Source: Candidatus Nanosynbacter sp. (GTDB lineage: Bacteria; Patescibacteriota; Saccharimonadia; Saccharimonadales; Saccharimonadaceae). Taken from it: DNA of 64,000 nucleotides. Shown piece after piece: positions 45,709-53,763 of the stretch. Position numbers and translations under genes: made by a program. The stretch's first letter is position 1; every line of letters starts with the position of its first letter. Below the pieces are notes generated by a model. That model ran no database searches. It worked only from the letters and a program-made list of their open reading frames with translations, and was not told the origin of the DNA. The stretch spans positions 52,085-116,084 of the forward strand of contig JABZKB010000002.1 in NCBI GenBank assembly GCA_015257505.1, given 5' to 3'.

Positions 45709-46794
45709 TTAGTCTTCACCAATTTGTGATTCAAGATAGGCATCAATAAAACCATCAATTTTACCATTAAGAACGGCGTCGGCGTCGGTTTCCTCGTATT
45801 TAGTGCGAGTATCTTTGACAAGTTTGTATGGCTGAAGCACGTAATTTCGGATTTGCTGACCCCACTTTGCCGATTCGCCGGCACGAAGTTGACTAATTGA
45901 TTCTGCCTGCTGTTCTTGTTGCATCTGGATCAATTTTCCGCGCAAAATTTCCATCGCCTTTTCACGATTTTGTAATTGGGATCTTTCATTCTGGATTGCA
46001 ACAACCGTGTTGGTCGGAAGGTGAGTAATGCGGATGGCTGAGTTAGTAGTATTAACGGATTGACCGCCGTGGCCACCAGCATGGTAGGTATCAATACGGA
46101 GATCTTTTTCATCGATTTTTAAATCGTCTTCACTATCGAGGATCGGGAGAATTTCAACAAGCGAGAAAGAGGTTTGGCGTAAATTATCGGCATTAAATGG
46201 TGAAAGTCGGACGAGACGATGCACGCCATGTTCGGATTTAAGATTGCCATAAGGATAATTTCCGTAAACTTCATAAACTGCGGTTTTTATACCGGCTTCT
46301 TCCCCAGCGGTTCGTTCGATGAGCTCCACGGAGTAATTATTTTTTTCAAAAAAGCGCAAATACATACGCTCAAGCATGCCAGCCCAGTCCATGGCTTCGG
46401 TGCCACCAACTCCGGCGGTAATTCGTATAATGGCATTTTTTTCGTCGTACTGATTAGTGAAGCGAAGAGCTTTTTTTAGGCCAGCAAGAGTCTGCTCCAT
46501 TGAGGTGAGCTGATCGTTGATCTCTGAAATTAAATCTGGTTCTTGAAGTTCGAGAATTTCCTGGAGGTCAGAGGTTTGCATTTCTAATATCTGCCAAGGT
46601 TCGACTTCAGACTTGAGGCGGCTAAAATTAGTATTTACTTTTTTGGCATTTTCAGGATTTTGCCAGAGCTCTGGTTCAGAGATTTGGCGTTCAAGATCTT
46701 CGAGTTTTGCGATTTTTTGCGTAATTTGAAGCTTCTGCCAGGTAGCGGTAAGGTCTGACTTGAGGATGGAAAGTCGTTTTTCGAGATCATTCAT
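45709..46794 (-). CDS. prfB: Peptide chain release factor 2 (single uninterrupted ORF, no programmed frameshift)
   Basis: 361 aa. GGQ motif (HAGGHGGQSVNTT) and the RF2-specific SPF tripeptide (RLSPFNAD). Confidence 0.85.
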   Translation of the reverse strand: MNDLEKRLSILKSDLTATWQKLQITQKIAKLEDLERQISEPELWQNPENAKKVNTNFSRLKSEVEPWQILEMQTSDLQEILELQEPDLISEINDQLTSMEQTLAGLKKALRFTNQYDEKNAIIRITAGVGGTEAMDWAGMLERMYLRFFEKNNYSVELIERTAGEEAGIKTAVYEVYGNYPYGNLKSEHGVHRLVRLSPFNADNLRQTSFSLVEILPILDSEDDLKIDEKDLRIDTYHAGGHGGQSVNTTNSAIRITHLPTNTVVAIQNERSQLQNREKAMEILRGKLIQMQQEQQAESISQLRAGESAKWGQQIRNYVLQPYKLVKDTRTKYEETDADAVLNGKIDGFIDAYLESQIGED

Positions 46795-46859
46795 GAGATT
46801 ATTATATCAAAAGTGGCACTGACGTGAGTCTATAATTTATGGTAAGATAAACAAATATT

Positions 46860-48012
46860 ATGACGACTTTAAGTGAAATTAGACAGACCAACCAAGAGGG
46901 CGTATTACGCGAAAAGATTATCGTGCGCACGAGTATGATTGGGATTGTTGCGAATATTTTTCTGGTAATTTTTAAAACTACGATTGGACTTTTGTCAAAT
47001 TCGATTGCAATTGTACTTGATGCGGTGAATAACCTGTCGGATGTGGCGAGTTCTTTGATTACGATTGTGGGGACAAAATTAGCGGGAAAAGAGCCGGATA
47101 AAAAACATCCGTTCGGACATGGTCGAATCGAATATTTAAGCGCAATGCTGATTGCGGTAATTATCTTGTATGCAGGCATTACGTCCCTATTTGAATCGGG
47201 AAAACAAATTATTCACCCTGAGACGCCTGAGTATAATCCAGTGTCACTAATTATCATTGGAGTGGCAGTCGTGGTGAAAATCGTACTAGGATTTTATGTT
47301 AAACGGATTGGGAAAAAGGTCAACTCGGATTCTTTAATTAATTCTGGTGAAGATGCGACGCTTGATGCGGTGATTTCATTTTCGACCTTAGCGGCAGCAG
47401 GTATATTTTTATTCTTTCAGATTTCACTTGAGGCGACGCTCGGCGCAATTATTTCAGTCGTAATTTTGAAATCGGGTATTTCAATGTTGAAAAGTACAAT
47501 TTCTCAGCTTCTAGGTGAGCAAAGTGACATAGAGGTTGCGAAGAAAATTCAGAAAACTGTTATGCAATTTTCCAAATGTTTTAGGGGTATATGATTTGGT
47601 TCTAAATAATTATGGGCCAAATCGTTGGAATGGGTCGTTACATATTGAAGTGCCTGATACTTTGTCAGTAGCAGATCTAGACCAGTTGTTGAGGGAAATT
47701 GCGATTAAAGTGATTCGGACACATCAGGTTCTCTTGACTGCGATAGGAGTGTATTCTGTAAATACAAAAGATAAGGAAGTGGTGGCAGCACAGAAGAAGG
47801 TGAAAGAAATAGCGTTAGCACATAAATATATACGACAGGTGCATGGCTTTTACTTAATGAAGGAGCAAAAAAGGATGCGATTTGATTTAGTAGTGAGTTT
47901 TGATGCTGAAAATCGCGAGGAAGCTTTCCGGGCGGCGGTCGAGGATATTAAGAAGGCATTTTCTGGATATGAATTACAGGTGGCGATGGATGCAGATTTT
48001 ATGGAGGAATAA
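46860..48012 (+). pseudogene. Cation diffusion facilitator (CDF) transporter interrupted by a 1-nt frameshift in a T4 run (47568-47571)
   Basis: ORF 46860..47594 carries the TM domain and ORF 47536..48012 carries the cytoplasmic CTD. They are in different frames. Deleting one T from caaTTTTcc restores ...KTVMQF-PNVLGVYDLVL..., the conserved CDF junction. Confidence 0.7.
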
Positions 48013-48099
48013 GCTACAACTATCGGTGAGGTAGATTCTATGGAGAAATACGCAATAGTGTTCGATAGGAGTAGATTTTATGGGGGATACAATAGAAAG

Positions 48100-48130
48100 T
48101 AAAAAATAGACCCCTTAGGGGTCTATTTTA
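48100..48130 (-). terminator. Rho-independent terminator after tRNA-Gln (tagacccc-tta-ggggtcta with flanking A/T runs)
   Basis: 8-bp stem at 48107-48125. The minus strand reads hairpin followed by attttttac. Confidence 0.55.
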
Positions 48131-48141
48131 AAAATTCAAAT

Positions 48142-48216
48142 TGGCTGGACCTGCAGGATTCGAACCTGCGAATGACGGGACCAAAACCCGTTGCCTTACC
48201 ACTTGGCGAAGGTCCA
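48142..48216 (-). tRNA. tRNA-Gln (anticodon TTG), CCA encoded
   Basis: Reverse strand: TGGACCTTCGCCAAGTGGTAAGGCAACGGGTTTTGGTCCCGTCATTCGCAGGTTCGAATCCTGCAGGTCCAGCCA. Acceptor and T-arm pair perfectly; anticodon loop UUUUGGU. Confidence 0.85.
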
Positions 48217-48245
48217 TTAATATGATTATTATTTTATCACAGATT

Positions 48246-48908
48246 TTAGCGGTCGTAAACTTGAATGCCACAGTTTTTGAGACGAGTCTCAATCGCACTG
48301 TCATAGAGCGCTGAATAGAAGAGACCTTGTTCGGTACCACCACGCAAAACATAGTCGATCATACGAATAATGCCAGCATGAGCAACGATGAGGATTTTTG
48401 CATCTTCCCCATAATTTTCTAAGGCATCAGTTTGAATATATTTTAGAATGCGGTCGATGCGCTGGAACATGTGTGGCACAGATTCCATCTTGAAGCGATC
48501 GGCATTAAAGCCGTCTTTCCAACTAATTTCATGAATGCGAGAACCTTCTTTTCCCTCAAAAACTCCAAGTCCACGCTCGATGAGATCCTCTGAGTAGCGA
48601 ATAAAACAATTGGCGTTTGGCTGTTCTTTGTCGAGGTAGATGTGACTTAACTCAATGGAATCTTCAAGGCTAAGATCACTAAAAATTGACTTGTCCGGAA
48701 TTGAGCGACCGAGGATAATTTGACAGGTTTTGGCGGCTCGCTGTAATGGTGAGGAGTAGGCAATATTGAATCGAACGTTTTTTAGCTCTTCACGAGCCTT
48801 GAGCGCCTGAAATTTTCCAGTAGTGTTTAGTTCAATATCAGACCACCCCTGGTTGATGCCAAGAGTATTCCAACTTGTTTGTCCGTGTCTTACTACATAA
48901 AATTTCAT
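48246..48908 (-). CDS. Histidine phosphatase superfamily (phosphoglycerate-mutase-like) protein
   Basis: 220 aa. N-terminal RHGQTSWN catalytic motif. Confidence 0.75.
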   Translation of the reverse strand: MKFYVVRHGQTSWNTLGINQGWSDIELNTTGKFQALKAREELKNVRFNIAYSSPLQRAAKTCQIILGRSIPDKSIFSDLSLEDSIELSHIYLDKEQPNANCFIRYSEDLIERGLGVFEGKEGSRIHEISWKDGFNADRFKMESVPHMFQRIDRILKYIQTDALENYGEDAKILIVAHAGIIRMIDYVLRGGTEQGLFYSALYDSAIETRLKNCGIQVYDR

Positions 48909-48934
48909 TGACCCACCGTAACTATTAACTTCTA

Positions 48935-49201
48935 CTATTTATTTAACATTGCTCCAATGCCCCAGAGGAGGACAATGAGGGCACCTGCCGCGCAAAGGAC
49001 GATACCAAGACCACCCCAAAAGTAAGTCATTGAATTATCGTTTTTGATATTTTTTACATCTCTATTTTTTGGTTTTTTGGTGACTTCCTTACTACTGGCC
49101 TTTGCGAGGGGTTTTGTGGTCTTTACTGGGGATTTTGCGGTAGTCTTTGCTGGAGTTTTTGTGGTAGATTTGCTTGATTTTTTAGTAATTGTTTTTGCCA
49201 T
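48935..49201 (-). CDS. Hypothetical small protein: Lys/Thr-rich basic N-terminus plus C-terminal TM helix
   Basis: 88-aa ORF with low-complexity KT(P)AK repeats, then WGGLGIVLCAAGALIVLLWGIGAML. Confidence 0.4.
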   Translation of the reverse strand: MAKTITKKSSKSTTKTPAKTTAKSPVKTTKPLAKASSKEVTKKPKNRDVKNIKNDNSMTYFWGGLGIVLCAAGALIVLLWGIGAMLNK

Positions 49202-49329
49202 AATGTTTATTCTATTAATTCTTATGTTTATTCTAGCGCGACCTAGAACAAAAGTAAAGTTTAAGACCTAAGGACTTCTTATTTACTAATTTTAAAGTGT
49301 AGGAAAAGAATTAAAATATTCGGTAAGTT

Positions 49330-51054
49330 TTAAAAATCACGCTGTCTTTGCTTACTGCTACGGCGAAGTTTTTCGAGCTGCTTACGGCGTTCAATCATGG
49401 CTAAAACTCGGTCAGCCTTTTGATTGTTTTGTTGCTGTAACTCAGAAGGTGTGAGGAAAGCTTCGTCTTGCTCGGTTGGTTTTTTGTTATAGTTTTCGAA
49501 AAAGTTTTTAAAGTATTCTTGATTTTCAGACTCGGCAAGGTAATTGAAGTTACTAAGTGGGACCGTGAATGGCAAATTGGCATAAACTGGCTGCCAATAC
49601 GTAACTGGAGAATTTTTGATTTGAGGATTTTGTGGGATTGCAATTGGCGGAACTGTCATGCGGTGATGATAGGCGGCGCGTAATTCTTCAGTGCTACCTA
49701 CGCATTCAAATGGCTTCATTTCTCCGCCGACGCCAAGGAGCCCTTTGAAGGTTTTGGTGAGATTTGGATCAAGGAAGAGGTCGACGTCGTTAAAGAGTGA
49801 CTGGAGATATTGTGGTGGAATAAATGGACAAAATAATAGATAGGAATTTGCACATTTTGGACAGTGTCCACACCATTTGAGGGTACTGTTGTGGTTATTT
49901 TGCTTGTAGTTTGCTTCATTGCAAGAGCTGAAGCTATACCCGTATTTTTGCCAACATTTTTGAACAAAGAGATCTGCTACGCGAAGTTCACTAAGGTGGC
50001 GGATTGGAGATCCGACATGGAGGTCTGGGGAAAGGTATCGATTGATATATTCAGTCATCAACTGTTCGGCTTGCCAAGTTTTTGACCACTGGTGATTGAC
50101 TGGTAAATCGCCGATCATGGCATGTGGTTCTTCACCTTCGCGACCGATACTGGTCATAACGATGTTCTGATGGTTTAAAATGGCCTGAATAATTGCGAGA
50201 GACTCGACAATAAAAGTAACCGGTACGTGACCATTTAGCCCACCAGAAAGCTGGAGATGCTGGCGATCGATTTGTCGATAAACGATACTGGCTTTTTGAT
50301 GGTTAAAATTATCATCCAGATGATCAATGACGTTTGGATGGCTGTGGTCGGGGCTACTAGAGATATACCATGGTGTAAAGCTAATGCCTCTCTCATTGAG
50401 AAGTTCGGCCACCAGGAGACTATCTTTACCGCCGGATTGTAATGCTAAGATACCATTTCCGCGATAGCTGACGGCTGGTTTATTTTGGAAGCCATTGGTG
50501 GCGCGAAAAGTTGCAAGTTTGGAGCGATCGAGTCGATTTTCAAAGGCGTATTGACTGAGACCTTCTTGATAGACGGTTGAAAAGAAACGTGCTTGAAAAT
50601 CATCAAGTGGTCGATCGAGTCGAATATTGGCGGTTGGGTGTGCCTTATAGTAACTCGTACCGATCAAGATGAAAGCGAGAAACATCGCCTGATCGAGTAG
50701 TTGATTTAATTCTGGGTCATCAAGGATATTAAAAATACTTGTTTCACTGCCGGGTTTTGGAGCAAAATAAATTTTTTCTGTGAAAATAACATTATCAATT
50801 CCCTGGTAAACAAATGAGGCGATACGAGTAGAACGATCAAAATAATAACTCAGGAAACGGAAAACAGCATCGCTGGATGGCACGACCGGCCTTGTGAGCG
50901 GGGTAGACTGATTAGGTTGAGCTGATTTTTTGCTGAACGAATCTAAAATCGATGTAATATTTGATGGGATCATTAATATTATTTTACCATTAAAAAGCGT
51001 TAACGAGTTGCTGGAATTGTTCGCCGCGGTCACTGAAGTTTTTAAACATATCAA
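49330..51054 (-). CDS. PP-loop superfamily ATP pyrophosphatase-domain protein (TtcA/TilS-like) with C-terminal Cys cluster; function unassigned
   Basis: 574 aa. PP-loop SGGKDS at ~residue 205 (ALQSGGKDSLLVAELL). C-terminal CGHCPKC motif. The start may be the internal ATG at 50973, since the ORF-track start overlaps murD by 65 nt. Confidence 0.55.
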   Translation of the reverse strand: MICLKTSVTAANNSSNSLTLFNGKIILMIPSNITSILDSFSKKSAQPNQSTPLTRPVVPSSDAVFRFLSYYFDRSTRIASFVYQGIDNVIFTEKIYFAPKPGSETSIFNILDDPELNQLLDQAMFLAFILIGTSYYKAHPTANIRLDRPLDDFQARFFSTVYQEGLSQYAFENRLDRSKLATFRATNGFQNKPAVSYRGNGILALQSGGKDSLLVAELLNERGISFTPWYISSSPDHSHPNVIDHLDDNFNHQKASIVYRQIDRQHLQLSGGLNGHVPVTFIVESLAIIQAILNHQNIVMTSIGREGEEPHAMIGDLPVNHQWSKTWQAEQLMTEYINRYLSPDLHVGSPIRHLSELRVADLFVQKCWQKYGYSFSSCNEANYKQNNHNSTLKWCGHCPKCANSYLLFCPFIPPQYLQSLFNDVDLFLDPNLTKTFKGLLGVGGEMKPFECVGSTEELRAAYHHRMTVPPIAIPQNPQIKNSPVTYWQPVYANLPFTVPLSNFNYLAESENQEYFKNFFENYNKKPTEQDEAFLTPSELQQQNNQKADRVLAMIERRKQLEKLRRSSKQRQRDF

Positions 51055-52372
51055 AACTGGCGGCGCCTGGACTCATTAATACAATAGCTGGCTTTGCGGA
51101 CTGATTAATTCTAGCTTCGTTAGTGGATGGAATACAGAGATCATAATTTGAATCGAGGTCGGCAGCGTATTTTTCGGCAAGTTGACGAGCGAGATTGACG
51201 GCTTCCTCGAGGGTATCACAAAGAGTGAATTTCTCTGGATCCTCGCCTTCGGATAACATAAAACGTGTTTCGCCAATGAGGATAATTTTTTTGAGGTTTT
51301 TGGCAGTAAAGAAGCGTTTTTTCATCTCAGTGAGATCAAGATGACGATCTTTGCCGCCGGCGATTAGGATGGTTGGGTAATCTTCAAAGGTGCGAATCGC
51401 TACATCAGAGGCAGGAAAGGCAGATGAATAATTATCATCATAATAACGAACATGGTTTAGTTCCCTGACGAACTGAATGCGATGAGGTAGACCTTTGAAG
51501 GTGGAAAGTCCTTGTTTGATTTTGAGGTAAAGTTCAGAATCCTGTGAGGCAAATAAGTCATCGAGCGTAAATCCGAGAATATCTAGTACTGCAAGGATGG
51601 CTGCTTCAGCATTTTCCCGGTTATGCTCGCCTGGAATGGAGAGAAAATCAAGAAGAGTTTTTAGTTCGGTTTGATAGCTTAAAATTGGATAGATAGATTT
51701 TTTGCCGGGGGCCTGCTCGCCAAGTTTGGTACTAACGGCGTTGTTGGCATAATAAATACAGTAATCCTCTGCGGTTTGGTGTTTTATAATATTGCCCTTA
51801 GCGGCGACATAATCATCGAAATTTAAGTGACGATCGAGATGATCTGGCTCAATGCGTAATATTACGGAGATATGTGGGGATTTTTTAAGGTCCCAACACT
51901 GGAAGCTACTCATTTCATAAACTACGAGGTCATTTTCTTCGATATCATCAAGCTCTAAGATGGCTGGCGTGCCAATGTTGCCAACGAGATGAATTTTGCG
52001 AAAGCGCTCAGTGAATTGTCGGAGGATATTGGTGATAATCGAGCAGGTTGTCCCCTTGCCTTTTGTGCCGGTAACACCAATGATTGGCGCCTTGCAGTGT
52101 TCGAAGAAATAGTTTGTGATTGAGGTCCAGTCCTTGGACTTGCCACGATCTTCTGGTTTTAGGGCGAACTGGGGGCGGACTGATGGACTACGAAAAACTA
52201 GGTCGTATTTTTCAAGTTCAAAACCTGGGATTTCTGAATCCGTGAAATGATCAAAAAAGGTGAATTGATTTGGCTGATCGTCAAGAAGATGGTCTTTGAA
52301 ATAAGATTCAATGGCATTGCCTTCAAGACCGTGGCCGAGAACTGCGATTTTCATAGTCTTATTATACGCCAT
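50990..52372 (-). CDS. murD: UDP-N-acetylmuramoyl-L-alanine--D-glutamate ligase (Mur ligase family)
   Basis: 460 aa. ATP-binding loop GVTGTKGKGTT and Mur ligase central and C-terminal domains. Confidence 0.8.
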   Translation of the reverse strand: MAYNKTMKIAVLGHGLEGNAIESYFKDHLLDDQPNQFTFFDHFTDSEIPGFELEKYDLVFRSPSVRPQFALKPEDRGKSKDWTSITNYFFEHCKAPIIGVTGTKGKGTTCSIITNILRQFTERFRKIHLVGNIGTPAILELDDIEENDLVVYEMSSFQCWDLKKSPHISVILRIEPDHLDRHLNFDDYVAAKGNIIKHQTAEDYCIYYANNAVSTKLGEQAPGKKSIYPILSYQTELKTLLDFLSIPGEHNRENAEAAILAVLDILGFTLDDLFASQDSELYLKIKQGLSTFKGLPHRIQFVRELNHVRYYDDNYSSAFPASDVAIRTFEDYPTILIAGGKDRHLDLTEMKKRFFTAKNLKKIILIGETRFMLSEGEDPEKFTLCDTLEEAVNLARQLAEKYAADLDSNYDLCIPSTNEARINQSAKPAIVLMSPGAASFDMFKNFSDRGEQFQQLVNAF

Positions 52373-52490
52373 TTTGAGATGACGCGAGTTAAAAATTACT
52401 CAAGTTTACTGATGGAGGATTTATATTTTGAGTAACTTTGTGAATTTGTGGGGATTTATATTTTTGCGTAATTTATGATTTTTTGGGATT

Positions 52491-53762
52491 TTAAAAATTG
52501 AGAGACTCTGCAAGCTGATTGATGACGGCTTTTTCGACAGAACCAACGGCGACGAAGGCATGAATACCAGATCCAGCAAATTCGCGAGCGAGTTCAACGA
52601 TGGATGGTTTATTAATTTCTTTAATGACTTGCGGAAAATCATCATAGAGTTCAACTTTTTCGGTCATAAAATAGTCATCGGTGTAGTAATCGGAGATTTG
52701 ACTGACGGTTTGAGCGCCCATCTGATAGCGACCTTGTGCATAAGTTTTGACGGCTTCAATTTCTTCATCAGATATTTCCCCATTGAGAGCACGAACCATC
52801 TCAACTTGGATAAGTGAAAAAAGTTCATCGGCAGTCTCTAGATTAACCTCGCCATCAAAATCCCAAGATGAATAGTGTTTACTACTATTAATGCCACTAC
52901 CCATACCATAAACAAGGCCGCGTTTTCTGGCTTGACCAAAAATTCGGCTGCTCATGGTGCCATTTAGAATATGATTGAGTGCGCCCATGGCTTGAGTTTC
53001 TTGGATAGATAAACGCCTTGGGGTGACCATGGAAAAACCGAATGTGATATTGCTAGCATCCTTGCGTTTGACGAGTACGGCTGGTGAAGAATGGAGTTTG
53101 TCTTTTGGAATCTCAAAACGACGCCCCTCTTTTAGGTCCCAATCTTCAAGATTGCGTAAAATTTCTTTCTTGCGGTGCTTAATTTGTCCGGCAATGATGA
53201 AACGCATATTCTTAGCGGTATGTGTGCGACGGTAATGCTCGCGAATATCTTTTAATTCAATATTATTGATAGTGGCGAGACGTTCTTTGAGGTTGGGGAC
53301 CTCTTCTCCGATGGCTTTTTGTAATCTTGGCCAAAGGAGTCTGGCGTAATCATTCATATAGCCAGTGAGCTCGGCCTTAACGTTTCCCTTTTCGCTCTTT
53401 AGCTCTTCCTCATTAAACATTGGTGAAGTAATTGCGATGCGCTCAAGATTTAAGATTCTTTCCCATTCAAAATCGGCACATTCAGCTTCATAGCAGACCG
53501 AATAATCGGAAGTCCAGGCATTGTGGTAGGCGCCGTTTTTAGTAAAATCAGCCTCGTATGCTTGCTCATCTGGAAAAACAGAATTAGCGCCAAAGCTAAG
53601 ATGCTCGACTACGTGGGCAATCTCATAGAGGTCAGGACTTTTAGCAAAACGCATGCCGCCGCGAAATTGAACTTTGATGTTCATGACGGAGGCGCCAGGG
53701 ACGTCAATAAGAAGTCCCCTCGCGCCATTCTTTAGCTCGATTTCTTCAACAAAATGTTTCAT
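52491..53762 (-). CDS. M16-family (pitrilysin/insulinase-like) zinc peptidase
   Basis: 423 aa. Inverted zinc motif HxxEH (HVVEHLSF) near the N-terminus. The start abuts the secA stop. Confidence 0.8.
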   Translation of the reverse strand: MKHFVEEIELKNGARGLLIDVPGASVMNIKVQFRGGMRFAKSPDLYEIAHVVEHLSFGANSVFPDEQAYEADFTKNGAYHNAWTSDYSVCYEAECADFEWERILNLERIAITSPMFNEEELKSEKGNVKAELTGYMNDYARLLWPRLQKAIGEEVPNLKERLATINNIELKDIREHYRRTHTAKNMRFIIAGQIKHRKKEILRNLEDWDLKEGRRFEIPKDKLHSSPAVLVKRKDASNITFGFSMVTPRRLSIQETQAMGALNHILNGTMSSRIFGQARKRGLVYGMGSGINSSKHYSSWDFDGEVNLETADELFSLIQVEMVRALNGEISDEEIEAVKTYAQGRYQMGAQTVSQISDYYTDDYFMTEKVELYDDFPQVIKEINKPSIVELAREFAGSGIHAFVAVGSVEKAVINQLAESLNF

Positions 53763-53763
53763 A

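Noticed and set aside
45702-46112. Small ORFs 45702..45884 and 45930..46112 (-)
   Set aside because: They are embedded in prfB in other frames and are spurious.
49330-51054. Assigning the 574-aa PP-loop protein as MurL (the epimerase partnered with murD2 in some bacteria) because it is adjacent to murD
   Set aside because: I cannot recall MurL signatures well enough. The SGGKDS PP-loop and Cys cluster fit TtcA/TilS-like ATP pyrophosphatases better. It is left as a generic PP-loop protein.
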